Source: Squalus acanthias
Lineage: Eukaryota
Assembly (NCBI GenBank): GCA_030390025.1
Contig: CM059452.1
Coordinates: 8,494,001-8,558,000 of the forward strand
Direction of reading: 5' to 3'
Length of the DNA: 64,000 bases
A program made the position numbers and the translations under genes. A model generated the notes under the pieces. That model saw only the letters and a program-made list of their open reading frames with translations. It did no database searches and had not been told where the DNA came from. Below are positions 1 through 13,995 of the stretch, piece by piece (within the stretch, counting starts at the first letter, position 1; every line of letters begins with the position of its first letter).

Positions 1-603
1 GAAACAAGTTACAGCAAGCAGCAGGGAGTTCAGCAAGCAGTCCGGCAGAAGGCACTTCCACAGTTCTGCAAAAAGGCAGTTCCACAGCTCTGAAGAAGAC
101 AGTTCAACAAGGCGAGGGGGCAACAGAAAGAAGTTCAACAAAGAAGGCCAACAGCTCCACAAGTAGGCCGACACGCAAGAAGAGACCAGAGCGACCGCCT
201 CAGTGACCATCGGACACCTTGCGGCAACAAGGGCCTTACGAAACTTTTTACTTAAAAAGACTCTAAACCCTATCTCAACTGTCAAGGATTCGTTTGGTGA
301 GCATTATCCCTGGTTCTCTAGGGTCCAACCTAGCTAGTGAAGTGGGATTGGGAGGGGTGAAATATTCTCCTAATGTTATTTCCCTCGTTTGTACCGAAGT
401 GTTCCCCATTTTATTAGAGTGTTAAGATTGTTGTGTTGTATTTTACTTTCTTGAATAAAGATCAAAGTTCTTGCATCAAAACCAGTTGTCTGCTGCACTT
501 TTTGTCACAACCTCCAAATAAGTCCAAGGTCTAGAACCAAGGGACTGGGAGCGATTCGAACCGCTCAGAAGTCAGAGGTGAAGCTGACACAAACCACCAC
601 CCC

Positions 604-925
604 CTACACAGCACCTGACCAGAGAGAATCGTTAACAATGTCAGCTGACATGGGAGCCAGAAAAGGAAGTTGGGTGTTCAGCAGTTTGGTGAGAATAGGG
701 TCGAGGGAGCAGGAAGAGGGTCTCATGGTCAAGATGAGCGTGAACAGGTCATGAGGGGAGATCGGAGAGAAACTGGAGAAAGATGCAAGTTCATGGCTAG
801 GGCAGGGGGGAACCTTAGAGGAAGTTTGGCCCTGTGGGCTAGGGGAAGGAAGGGAAGTGGCAGAGGCAGCTGATCGGATGGTTTCAATCTTAGAGACAAA
901 GAAGTTCATGAGCTCCTCACACTTG
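604..925 (-). mobile_element. L2-clade LINE ORF2 fragment
   Basis: CEELMNFFVSKIETIR...SSCSLDPILTKLL...ADIVNDSL. Confidence 0.7.
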
Positions 926-1052
926 TGAGATAAGTCTCCATTATGAATATAGAAATAAGAATTTATAGTAGAAATGTTGACACAGCATTTGCAGGAATAC
1001 GTCAAACATTTAATATTTGACTAGCTGGCCTTCGTGGTGTTCTACATAGAGA

Positions 1053-2480
1053 ATGATACCCGTTGCCTGCAATTCCTATGTCATGTGGGAACTCCAGGAC
1101 ACTCCATGTGACCTGGATCACCGCGTGCGCAGGAAGTGCCTCCAGTTGCACGAAGTCGAGCTCAGGATTTTTGAGCTTGAAGGGCGGCTGGAATCACTGC
1201 AGGGCATACGGCAGAATTACAATTTCCTGGAGCACGTATAGGACATAATTTAAAAGATATACAGGGCATAATTTCAAAGTCTGCAGATGATAGGAAACTC
1301 GGAAATGCTGTAAACAATGAGGTAGCTAGTAACAGACCTCAGAAGGCCATAGACATACTGGTGATATGGCAGACACATGGCAGATGAATTGTAACTCAGA
1401 GAATTGTGAAGTGATACATTTTGGTAGGAAGAATGAGGAAAGGCAATATGAACTAAATGGTGCAATTTTAAAGGGGGTGCAAGAACAAACAGACCTGGGG
1501 GTGTATGCACAAATTTCTTTGAAGGTGGCAGGATAAGTTGGGAAGGCTGTTCAAAAAGCTTATGGGCTCCTTGGATTAATTAATAAAGCATAATACAGGA
1601 TAAGTGCTCGTCCATTTAGGACTGAGATGACAAGGAATTTCTTTACTCAGACGGTTGCGAATCTTTGGAATTCTCTTTCCCAGAGGGCTGTGGAGGCTCA
1701 GTCGTTGAGTATATTCAAGACAGAGATGGATAGATTTTTGGGCACTAAGGGAATCAAGGGATACGGCGGGAAACGGGAGTTGATGGAGAAGGACAACCAT
1801 GATCTTACTGAATGGTGGAGCAGGCTCAGGGGCGGTATGACCTAATCCTGCTCCTATTTCTTATTTCTTATTTCTTATGAATAGAGTTTAAAATAAAAGG
1901 AAGTCATGCTAAACTTTATAAAACACCGGTTAGGCCTCAGCTGGAGTTTTGTGTTCAATTCTGGGCACCACGCTTTAGGAAGGATGTCAAGGCCTTGGAG
2001 AGGGTGCAGAAAAGATTTACTAGAATTGTTCCAGGGACAACGGACTTCAGTTATGTGAAGAGATTGGAGAAGCTGGGAATGTTCTCCTTAGAGCAGAGGA
2101 GATTTGATAGAGGTGTTCAAAATCATGAATGGTTTTGATATAGTAAATAAGGAGAAAGGAGAAACTGTTTCGAGTGGCAGAAGGGTTGGTAACCACTGGA
2201 CACAGATTTAAGGTGATTGGCAAAAGAACCGGAGGTGACATGAGGAAACTTTTTTCACACAACGATTTGTTGTGATCTAGAATGCACTGCATGAAAGTGT
2301 GGTGGAAGCAGATTCAATAGTAACATTCAAAAGAGAATTGGATACATACTTGAAGGGAAACAAATTACAGGGCTATGGGAAAGAGCAGGGGAGTGGGACT
2401 AATTGTATACCTCTACCAAAGAGCCAGCACAGGCACAATGGACTGAATGGCCTCCTTCTGTGCTGTATCATTCTATGATT
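1053..2480 (+). mobile_element. CR1 LINE fragments: ORF1 N-terminus and two ORF2 3' ends
   Basis: CxSxxMWE...RKCLQL...ELE ORF1 motif; RNFFTQxVxNLWNSL; short (ttctta)/(ttctat) tails. Confidence 0.8.
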
Positions 2481-2925
2481 TTTAGAAACAAGTGAATTAC
2501 TTTGGTTTATTTTCCCTCATTTGTGTGTTGATGAGAGTGAGGGGTGTGGGTGTGAGATTGTGCTGGACTCGGGACGAATCTGTAGGCCCATGCGCCAGCT
2601 CAGGATGGATTTGCATCCGGACAATTAGTTTAAGCAACAATTGGAGGTAACTATTCTCAAACGTCGATATTTGTGACATAATCAGTGGGGCGAGGTGGCA
2701 GAGACAGAGCATTATAGAGCTTCCTCTTGAACTGGCTTCTATACTGGAGGAGGAGGAGGCAGAGACAGAGCATTATGGAGCGTACGCTGGAGCTGGCTTT
2801 TATACTGGGGGAGGAGGAGTAAAGGATCAATGAGATTCAATGGACCGAATCTTCTTTGATCTATGAAATTTGCTTATCTTTCAGTTTAAACTTCTAAATA
2901 ATGTATTTGAATCGATATAGGAGCC

Positions 2926-3697
2926 TAATGGCCCAGAAATTCGGCCGAATACGGGAGAGTACGCACTGTGTACTCACCCATATTCGGTTCCGAAGTGCCG
3001 GTTCCCTGCATGCACTGCGCATGCGCGGGAAACCGGCACTTCCGATATTGCGAAGGGGGCGGTTCCTAAGTGAACCGCGTGCGCACTACAGGCCGTGCGC
3101 ACGCAGCACACTTAGGTTTTTTTTCAGGTTTGAACGCGAGGGTAAGTATTGAAGATTTTACACATGAAAAAAGGAGGCGTAAGACCCCCTTTTAACAAGG
3201 TAAGTAGTTAATTAAGTATTATTTTAAATTTTTTCACAGGTTTATCTTTTTTAGAGACTTTAAAGAAAGGTAAGTTTATTTTTATAACTTTTAAAAAGAA
3301 TTTAAATTTTTTCAAAAATTTAAATTTTTGTTTAAAGTGGTTAATTTATTTAACTATAGTTATTTTATTAATGTGATGGTTTTTAAAAACAATTTAATTG
3401 AGGTTTAGCTGTTCTTTTGGGGGCAAGTTGTATTCATAGTTTTGACAGCTCTTCCTGTCAAAACTATGAATGAAAGATGGTGTGCTGCCATTGGCTCTAA
3501 CTGGCCCACGTGATCCCAGAGGTCGCATCGAACTAACTGCGCCTCTGGGACACGCACACACTGCGCGTCGGCACCAGGGAGAGGCCCAGGAGCAGAAGTT
3601 CGTGTGGGCCAAAACCATAAAGGCAGGCGCGGTAGGTAAGATCGCGCACGATCCTTACCCCCGCGGCAACCATCGAAGTCTAATTTCTGGGCCATTA
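2926..3697. mobile_element. Non-autonomous DNA transposon (MITE, Harbinger-like), copy 1
   Basis: TIRs TAATGGCCCAGAAATT / AATTTCTGGGCCATTA; close second copy at 25327-26633. Confidence 0.8.
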
Positions 3698-4954
3698 TTT
3701 TTCTTTCCGGAGGTAAATATTTAAAAGGTGGAAGAGCTGCTTTGTTCTGTAGTTCCCAGAAGCGCTGGAATTCAAAGTTACATTTTAGCAATTACCGCCT
3801 GGACAGAAGGCATCGCCTGGCTGGCGAACAGAGAGGAAAATCTGCCGGGGGCGGGTGAATTACATGCCTATAATGAGCCACCCTCCACAGATTTTCCTTC
3901 CATTATTTGGGATGTAAGGACATTCCCGGGCTCCGCTCTCAGTGGGTGGCCTTCTCGACCTGAATTTCCTGCTCTTTTTCTTCACTTAAAGTAGAAGTGA
4001 AATGATGGCGTGTGCGAGATGTTCCCTCGGGTTGCCTTTTGTGAGACATGACAGACATGGGAGATATTTCCTTTTATCGATATAATCTGATGACAAGGAG
4101 TGTATCTTCTTATTTATAAGTTCATAACTTATTCCACAAGTTAATAGGGTTCAAAGGCATTTATTCGCAATCATAGAAATTAAGCAGACATAGATAACTA
4201 TTATTAATAACAATTATACATATACATAAGAGAGCAATTAGGGTAATACGAGTTACTGGAGATTCACCAGTTATTGATCTCGAGCTCGAGGGGAACGGCT
4301 GATCCGGACTCGTCAAATTCTGAAGTACCTGTCCTAACTCCCACTTTTTAAACCTTTCTTTCCGCCCTGCTACGTGTCACATGTTCCATCGCATCACCTC
4401 GGTCAGTTAGCAGCATAAACTTCAGTTGAACAAGAATCACTCCCCAAGCTTTCACCTTTACTGAACTGCCAATAAAGTCATTCACCTGGAGACAGTTACA
4501 GAGAGCAGAGGCGCCCAACAGGGACGTTCCACATTCCTTACACAGCTGTCCTCGGTGGAGTCAATATTTGGAGTTAGAGCTTGGCGAGCTGATGATCAAC
4601 ACATGTCTATAGAGATGTCGTTTATCTCACTGCTGAGAGATCGATGGTGCTCGACGCAGCCGCCTAACAAAGAAAGTCTGATTTTGTCTCTGCTGAGCTT
4701 CCTAAGGTTGTCTCTGCCTGGAATTCCTTTAAATTTAAACTAGCTAACTGCACATGGCTCACAGAAACTCGCTTAACAGGCAAAAGCTAAAAGTTAATAT
4801 AAATAAATAAATTAAAAAAAGAACCGCTTCGCTGCATTCACACAGTTTTACCATTTCGCTATAAATAACTCACAAGACATATTAATTCCATGTTTGTATC
4901 TCCAGCAGGAAAGGAAATCAAACCCAATCCTTTCTACGGGTCACCTACAGCTGT

Positions 4955-5155
4955 TGGTTTGCATTTATATCGCGCCTTTCACGACCACCGGACGTCTGAA
5001 AGCGTTTTACAGCCAATGAAGTACTTTTTGAAGTGGAGTCACTGTTGTAATGTGGGAAACGTAGCAGCCAATCTGCGCAAAGCAAGCTCCCACAAACAGC
5101 AATGTGATAATGACCAGATCATCTGTTTTTGATATGTTGGTTGAGGGATAAATAT
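4955..5155 (-). mobile_element. Shark tRNA-derived SINE (HE1-like), 3' part
   Basis: ttgcatttatat...gcctttc...cccacaaacagcaatg; same family as 41895-42295. Confidence 0.65.
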
Positions 5156-5318
5156 TGTGGAGGTTTGAGGGCGATTTGCAGTCAAACTGTTTCTGGGTCG
5201 CTGTAATATGTTCTCCCTATGACCTTCACACCACACCGTGAGCCGAGCACTGCTTCCTCTCACTGCCAGTCTGCACAGCCCCGAATAGGGATGATGTCCA
5301 GGGCACAAAGGCCCCGCT

Positions 5319-5793
5319 AGTTTTTGTACGAGGGTCTAACTGGTTCCCACCGCTGTGAGAGTCAGCGCGCAGTAATACGTGGCGGAGTCAGCAGGCCACA
5401 GTTTGGAGACGGTTAAGGTGAAGGCGGCATTCGAGCCGTCCAGCGCAGAGGAGAAACGGCTGCGAGCAAAATCCGCTTTAATTTGGTAACCGCCTGAAAA
5501 CCTGCGAACTAGAAACTCCGGTTCTCTGCCGGGGTATTGACGGGACCACAGTAAGCTGTAGGAACTCTTGGTGGTGAAATAGAAACAGTCTAAAGTTACA
5601 ATGCTTCCTTCTGTCCTCCTCACTGTGGGAAGCCGCTGTCTGACAGAGATTTCCTGGCTCAGACCTGAATTAAATGCAAACCAACGTCAAAAACCAAATC
5701 ATTTTTAAATTCACATTTGACCCAAAATCGCGACCCAGAATAATTACCTGTAATAAGTGCTCCAAACACAGCACAGATAGCGATTAACCGCAT
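5319..5793 (-). CDS. TRAV/TRDV: TCR alpha/delta-type V segment 1, apparently functional: leader 5793-5748, V exon 5664-5358, 23-RSS 5357-5319
   Basis: Leader MRLIAICAVFGALIT(G) with GT donor; AG acceptor; open V exon ...VTLDC...LLWSRQYPG...DSATYYCALT; RSS CACAGCG-23bp-ACAAAAACT. Confidence 0.93.
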
Positions 5794-6906
5794 TGCTGCT
5801 CCGCCCTGTGTTTATTAACTTTGTAACCTCTGGAAACTGCTACGATTTGGACGCTGAAACAACCCGCACTGAGGGTCGGTTGTCCCGCTCCAGTGTCCCC
5901 GCGGATGTGCCGTGAGGTTCAGTCTTTGGGTTAAAGCGCGGCCGGCAGTCTCCTGCCAATGACAAAGTAAATATTCCAACCGCACAAACCGCAACCACTC
6001 ATAGTCCAAACAGGACAAGCATTTTATTCAGAGGGAAAGAGCGAATGGTTACAAGGCATCAATTTACAATATCGTAGTTCGCTCTCCGTGTGTGAATGTG
6101 AACTTGTTAACATCGCGAACACCGCTCCAAAATATGAATTTCAAATTAGTTTATTTAAAATTTGAACATTAAATTTCATTAATTTATTCTGTATCAAATG
6201 GCGTATCATTGAATGTAGCAGACAGTAGTATCTTGGAGGAAATATTTGTGTAAATATTGAACCTTTCCTTCTTGGTGTTAGGCCCATGCGAGGCACCATG
6301 ATTTTTAGGGTCCTGGATAAATTTCACGACAAATTAAACAAGGGATATCTAAATAACGGAGTTTCCCCTGGAGATAATTGTGTTACAATTTCAGTTTGCC
6401 ACCTGCTGATCAGGACGGATTTTGTATCTCTGTTGCATTTACCTGCAAAATTATTTCCACAATGAATGAAACGCCCCTTTCAACGTGATAAAGTTTCGCT
6501 GAGCAAACATTCACCGTTAACATGTTTTTAACCGTTGAGGTTATGTTGAAACCATTTAGTGAGGTCGAGCTTACTGTTGCTGCAACCTCGGGTGACAGTT
6601 GCGGTCTAAGGTGCGTCAGCACGATACAGGTGCACTTCCGGTTCCAACGGCAGCTTCTGATCTCCAACTGACTCGAGACAGAAATGGGACGGAATGGAGA
6701 ACAGAGCAATTCTCGGCTGATGATGATGATGATGACGATTATGCATAATGGATGACCCAGAAACTGCACAACACTGCTGACGCCACATTTCAAGCACAGA
6801 ACTCATTTTTTGTGGCCTAATTATAAAGAGAATATTGAAACCACGGAAAAAACGTAAAGTGGAATCATTAAGATTGAACCAGGCAAGCGACAGAGTTCTG
6901 ATGACT

Positions 6907-9870
6907 CATAGAGATAGAGTCATAACTGCACAGAAGGAGGCCATTCGGCCCATCGAGTCCGTGCCGGCTCTCTGTAGAGCAATCCAGTCAGTCCCATTCC
7001 CCCGTTCTATCCCCATAGCCCTGAAAGTTTATTCCCTCAAGTGCCTATCCCGTCTCCCCTTGAAAACATTGAGTGTCTCCGCTTCCACCACTTCCGTCAG
7101 CAGCGAGTTCCAGGTCCTCACTACTCGCTGCGTAAAAAAGTATTCCCTCACATCCCCCCTGTATCTCTTGTCCAAAACCTTAAATCTGTGTCCCCCTGGT
7201 CCTTGTACCATCAACTAGTGGAAACAGACTTTCCCCGTCTAGCCTATCCAAACCCGTCATAATCTTGCACACCTCTATCAAATCATCCCTCAACCTCCTT
7301 TGCTCCAATTAAAACAAATCCAGCTTCTCCAAAGTGTCCTTGTAGCTAAGATCCCCCATCCCCGGAACCATTCTGGTAAATCTCCTCTGCACCCTCTCAA
7401 GTGCCTTCACATCCTTCCTAATGTGTGGTGACCAGAACTGGACGCAATACTCCAGTTGTGGCCTAACCAGCACTTTATAAATGTTCAGCATAACTTCTCT
7501 ACTTTTGTACTCAATACCTCTATTTCTGAAACCCAACATCCCATATGCTTTGCTAACCACTCTCTCAATATGTCGCGCCACCTTCAGGGATCTATGCACA
7601 TTAACTCCCAGCTCCCTGTGTCCCTGCACACACCTTAAAACTGTGCCATTAAGTATATATTGCCTCTCCCTGTTCCTTCTGCCAAAATGCAGCACCTTAC
7701 ACTTCTCTATATTAAATTCCATGTGCCACTTGTCTGCCCATTCTGCTAGCCTTTCTATGTCCTGTTGCAGTCGATTAGTGTCATCCTCACTATTTGCCAC
7801 ACCCCCAAGTTTGGTGTTTTCGGCAAATTTAGAAATTCTACTTTGTATTCAAAAATCCAGGTCATTTATATATATCAAAAAAAATCAGTGGCCCCAGCAG
7901 TGACCCTTGGGAAACACCACTGTCTACCATCCTCCAGTCTGAAAAACAGCCATTTACCACAACTCGCTGTTTTCTGTCCTTAAGCCAATTCCTTATCCAA
8001 GCTGCCTCTGACCCACCTATTCCATGAGCCTCAATTTTGTTAACCAACATTCTATGTGGTACTTTGTCAAACGCCTTCCTAAAATTCCCTTCATCGATCC
8101 TCCCTGTTAGTTCATCAAAAAAAATCAATTCGATTAGTCAAACATGATCTGCCTTTTACAAATCCGTGTTGGCTCTCCTTAATTAACTTAACCCTCTCCA
8201 AGTGCCCGTTAATTTTTTTCTTGATTATTGTTTCTAAAACTTTACCCACCACTGATGTTAAACTGAACGGCCTGTAGTTACTAGGATTGTCCTTACACCC
8301 TTTTTTGAACAATGGTGTCACATTTGCCACTTTATAATCCTCAGGCACCTCCCCTGCATCTAGGGAACATTGTAAAATTATGGCACGCCCTTCCGCTATC
8401 TCCTCCCCCAATTCCCTTAGCAACCTGGGATGCAAGCCATCTGGACCAGGTGACTTATCCACTTTAAGCCTTTCTAATATATCCTGTCTATCAATTTACT
8501 CCGCTTCCATTGCTTCTACCTTTTCCACTGCTACCGATATTTTGTCAGCATCCACATCCTTAGTAAACACCGATACAAAGTACTCATTGAATATTCTAGC
8601 CTTGCCCTGCGCCTCTAAGCATATATCACCTTCTTTGTCACTAATAGGCCCCACACCGCCTCTTACTACCCACTTACTGTTTACATGCCGGTAGAGGATT
8701 TTTGGGTTCCCTTTTATGTTAACATAAGAACATAAGAAACAGGAGCAGGAGTAGGCCATTCGGCCCTTCGAGCCTGCTCCGCCATTCAATGAGATCATGG
8801 CTGATCTTCTGCCTCAACTCCATTCACCGGCCCTAGCGCCATATCCCTTGATGCCCTTACTAGTCAGAAATCTATCGACTTCTGTTTTGAATATACCCAA
8901 TGACTGAGCCTCCACAGCCCTCTGGGGTACAGAATTCCAAATAATCACCACCCTCTGTGTGAAGAAATTTCTTCTCATCTCAGTCCTGAATGGCCTACCA
9001 TTTATCTTGAGACTGTGGCCTCTGGTTCTAGGCTCCCCAGCCAAGGGAAACATTCTCCCAGCTTCCATCCTATTAAGCCCTGTAATAATTTTGTATGCTT
9101 CAATGAGATCCCCATCTCATTCTTCTGAATTCAAGAGAATACAGGCCTAGTTTACTCAATCTCTTTTCATACGACAGTCCCGCCATCCCGGAATCAATCT
9201 TGTGAACCTTCGTTGCATTCCCTCTATGGCAAGTATATCCTTCCTTAGGTAAGGAGACCAAAATTGTACACAGTACTCCAGGTGTGGTCTCACCAATGCC
9301 CAAATAATTGGAGTAAGACTTCATTACTCCTGTACTCAAATCCTCTTGTAATGAAGGCCAGCATAACATTTGCCTTCCTAATGACTTGCTGCACCTGCGC
9401 ATTCACTTTCAGTGACTCATGTGCAAGGACACGCAGGTCCCTTTGAGCATCTGCATTCCCCAATCTTTCACCATTTAGGAAATACTCTGCCTTTCTGTTT
9501 TTCTACCAAAGTGCATAACTTCACATTTATCCACATTATATTCCAACTGCCATGTTCTTGCCCACTCACTGAGCCTGTCGAGATCCCCTTGAAGCCTCTT
9601 AACCGCCATTCTACTCTCATATTCTCTCTTTGCCAATCTTCATTTTCATCTTCACTTCCCCTCTCAACTTATTGTATTTTGTCTGGTTCTCCCATGGAGA
9701 ATTCACCTGACATGCATCATACACTCTCTTTGTTTGTTTCATCAATCTCTCTACCTCCCTCGTCATCCAAGGAGCCCTTGTTTTGATTCACTTACCCTTC
9801 CCTCTTGTTGAAATGTACCTAGCCTGTACTTGGAACATCTCCTCATTAAAGATCACCCATTGTTCCGAAA
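6907..9870 (-). mobile_element. CR1 LINE with a second CR1 3' end nested at ~8723-9600
   Basis: RT motifs KSPGPDG...NYRPxSLTS...FRKAFDKVPH...LEYCVQFWSP; second tail (cataagaa)2 at 8723. Confidence 0.9.
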
Positions 9871-11627
9871 TTGTGAGAAATGTGAAAAGCTAGAGCTGCG
9901 TTTACCGGAACACAGATAGCTAAATCTAGTGCTCGATATTAAGAATAACTATTAGAGGCTAAATAGTGAAAGCTATCACTGTGGAGAATTTTGATTCAGG
10001 GTGTCGCAGGGTTCGATGACTAGTGGACAAGAATTAATGTTAAGGGTGTGGAAGGAAAGTGTGAACGTTTAATAACATTGTTAAATTTAAGGAACTTATT
10101 ATGGACATGTTGCCAGCGACGGGATGAAGCAGAAAGCCATGATAATGTTTATAAGAAGGGGAAGATTTCATGTCACTAAAGGAGATACAGAGCTGGTAGA
10201 TCTAGAATCACCACAAGGAAGGTCAGGAGACATTTGAGATGCAAAGGGTACATAGAGCAATGGTCGTCTCTTAAGCAAACCATTACTATACATTTCTGAA
10301 CTTCTTGGGTGACCGGTAACAAGGGAACATAGCATTAGGCTTAGTGTCGGAAAGATGATAGTAATGTATAATATTATCTTAGAATGTGGAATAAATTACC
10401 ACAAGTGACCATAGAGGGCGAGTCAATCACAATGTTAAGGATGCGTTAAAAGAAACAAAATAGAAAATATTGTAGGACAGAGGGAATAGGACGGGAGTAA
10501 ATACTTCCAGTTTACAGCTTGTAATGTCTCAGGTGGCTGAGATCGAAAAAGCGTTCTTCTCTGGTTACATTTCGGAGATTTGTTTAATTCACTGCAGAAT
10601 AATGTTGCGCTCACAAATATCATGTGTTTTAACCAACACGAAGGAACTTAACCTGCTGCAGAAAGTGTATGAGCCGTTCTAATTTACGATGGTTTTGGGT
10701 GACAATTATTCATATTGAACAGTTGATCACTCAAGCACTGGGAAAAGGAACATAGGAACGGGAGTAGACCTGTTCCGCCATTCAGTTAGATCATGGCTGA
10801 TCTCTATCTTAACTCCATTTACCCGCCTTCGTTCCACATCCCTTAATAGCCTTGCCTAACAAACATCTATCCATCTGTTTTTTAATTTTCAGTTGACCTA
10901 GCCTCAAAAGCTTTTTGGGGGAGAGAGTTCCAGACTTAGAATCATAGAATCATTCAGCACAGAAGAAGGCCATTCGGCCCCTCCTGCCCGTGTCGGCTCA
11001 TCTAAGGAGCTGTCCAATTAGTCCCACCCCCTGCTTTTCCTCAAAGACCTGAAAATGTTGCCTTTTTAAAAATATATCCAGTTCCCGCTGGAAAGGTACT
11101 ATTGAATCTGCTTCCACCTGCCTTTCAGGTACTGCATTCCAGATCATAACATCTTGCTGAGTAAAATAATGTCTCCTCGTCTCCCCACTGGCTTCTTGGC
11201 AATTATGTTAACTTCTACTATCTGAAAAAATGCATTTTAGAAGCAGACAGATGCGGAGGAAAGTGTTGTTTGGTGATTGAGAAAACTGAATTCAGTTTTG
11301 TGTTAAGAAGCCGATGAGAAGGCTTGTAGTGCAGGACATCAGAAATGCCAAAAAAAGTAGTGCAGTAGGGAGCTAAATAAGGAAGTGGCGTTTGGTTGAT
11401 CTCAGACTTGGGTTTTAATATCCTGTAATTTGTATGAGGAAGGGACACTGTGGTGATAAGGAGTTCATGAGTGCGCGAATCTGGGGGCGAATTGGTTCCA
11501 AAGTGAAAAAGAAATGGTAATCTATGTGTGACGTTCAGACATTTAAATTAGGGAAAGTCACACATTGATCAGCATTGTTCAGAATAGTCAACCAAAGTAT
11601 ATTCAGGTCCCAGAGCACAGGGTGAGC

Positions 11628-11831
11628 NNNNNNNNNNNNNNNNNNNNNNNNNNNNNNNNNNNNNNNNNNNNNNNNNNNNNNNNNNNNNNNNNNNNNNNNN
11701 NNNNNNNNNNNNNNNNNNNNNNNNNNNNNNNNNNNNNNNNNNNNNNNNNNNNNNNNNNNNNNNNNNNNNNNNNNNNNNNNNNNNNNNNNNNNNNNNNNNN
11801 NNNNNNNNNNNNNNNNNNNNNNNNNNNNNNN
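11628..11831. other. Assembly gap
   Basis: N run. Confidence 1.
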
Positions 11832-13995
11832 TCTTTAGTAAAATCTGTGAAGCGAAAGGTTACATCTAAATATTGTGCCTAAGCAGTATCTCATTACCTG
11901 CTGTGCTATTGTGCAGACGCTCCGTGGTTGAGCTTTCTTCATAGTTACACTGTATCGTTACATTTCCTCCTTCATAAACTGCAGATGGTTATGCATATAG
12001 TTATTAAAATGATGGAGTCCTCTGTCAAAAGGAGTCGATGTCTTTTCTAAGTCTGAAAGCTGATGGCATTTTGAGGAGAGGATACAGGACTATGGAGGGA
12101 GTGGATAAGTTTGACTATATTTGGATTACTCTAGCAAAGGCCTGGCACAAACATGGCCTCTTTCAGTTTTGAGGGGGAAATGACCTACTTCAGCGCTGCA
12201 AACTTCAGGTACTCCTAAGGTACAAAGCAGAAGCGGTGCCAGTCTGCACTTCCCTCCCTAAAACAAGAGCAGTTGTCGCACCGATTTGCTTTACTTCGCT
12301 GGATTCTCAAATTAGGAGCTGACCCTCGATTAGCCTTTATGATAAAAAATACGATTGCAATATAAGTAAGAGAGAATGTAGGTGAGGGAAAGCAATCAAT
12401 GAGACTCTATGGTTAGAAATGAGGAATAAAAGTGGAGTAAAACTGTAATTGGAGTTGTCTACAGGCCTCCTGACAGCAGCGATTAACTGGCTGAATGCAT
12501 TAATTCAGAAATTAGTGAGGCTTGTAGCAAAAGCAGAATAGTTTTAATTGTATAACTTTAATATTCATATAGATTTGGAAGAGCGGAGTAGCTCAAGCCA
12601 GAAAGGTAGTGAATTTCTTGAGTTCTTTCAAGGTAATTTTGTGGAGCAATACGTATACAACCAACAAGAGGGTAGGCTATGCTAGATTTAGTAAGGAGTA
12701 ATGACCAGAATTAGTCAATAATCTAACAGTAAGAGAACATTCATCCAACAGCGATCATAATATGATCGAATTCAATGTTACGTTTCAAAAGAATAACCGT
12801 AACACAGTTACTAAGATTCTAGATTTTGGTTAAGGCTAACACTGAATAACGATTGCAAAATGCTGCAGTCACTATTTGCATTTGAAAAAGAAGCACATTA
12901 GCGCCACCGTGCGTTTGGTATATGGCAGAATTAATTCCATTTCTTGTCCCTCTCCTCTCTCAGTCGGTGAAGAGTGGCGCCACATTCACTTTGATCCAAA
13001 AGATCTTCAGGTAACTATGCACACGAAGGTTAACATGTCACTCGGAAGTCCTTGTCCGATGTTATTTGTGAACCCCGGGCTTCTAATTGTGCCTAAATGT
13101 GGGAGCGCTGTCTGTGGCGGCTCTGTGAACTGTGAGTTTGGATGGATATTCTGGTATCCATCACGGTTACTTCTGGAGATTATGGAATATTTGAGCAGAC
13201 CGTTTCCCCGAGAGAAAATGAGTGAGGTGTTGTCTGCAGTAGGGAAGCTCACACCTGGTCTGTAGAGGGATCCGGTCTGAGAACCCGAATGTCCTTCAAC
13301 TAGTCAATTGCATGTATAATTCTAATTCTAATTTATACGGTTAAAGATTTAAATTATTCTAACCCAAGCTGTCACTTTTATTGAAGAAACACAGACTATT
13401 ATTCGATATCCTAACCACCAGGAGGCATCTTTTCTGTGTTATTGAAGAAGATGAATATGTATAAAGTCTATTATTTTAACTTGAACTGTTAACTGACAGA
13501 GCCCAATGATAACGTGAATTCACTATTCGCTAAGCGCAGTCATTAACCCGACTGCCACCAGCACAGACCTGGAGATGGAACTATGATCTTAACCTGCTGG
13601 GCCATCAAATCAATCATGGGAGCATTTTCCTAAACAGGAGCGAGGACACGGTATAAAACAAATCGGACCAAAATATGATACCAGGGATGAGGGACTTCGG
13701 TTATATGGAGAGACTGGGGGTGGCTGGAATTGTTCTCCTTAGAGAAGGTCACGGGATGATTTAAAAAAGGTCATTCAATATTATAAGAGCATTCTTATAA
13801 AGTAAATAAAAAGAAAGGAAGAAAGAATTTGCATTTATACAGCGCCTTTCACAATCTCAGGAAGTCCCAAAGTTAACAACACATTCCATCATTAAAGTCA
13901 GGTGTAGACGGAGAGTCCGCCCACTGTGCCGGCTTTCTGTGTGGGGGGATGGGAGAAGCGGGCAATTCACAAACCTGACAAGACCTGGGACTGGT

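Noticed and set aside
1-590. LTR-like composition (also ~4150-4860 and ~17590-17930)
   Set aside because: Termini and TSD could not be defined, so not called.
2695-2820. Short direct duplications (~60 bp here; ~45 bp at 16545-16660; ~100 bp at 41735-41835 and 42298-42405)
   Set aside because: Ordinary local duplications with no functional signature.
12964-13265. Good splice acceptor followed by an open frame faintly resembling V FR1 (HFDPKDLQVTMHTKVNMS)
   Set aside because: No correctly spaced Cys/Trp/YYC, no RSS and no leader found.
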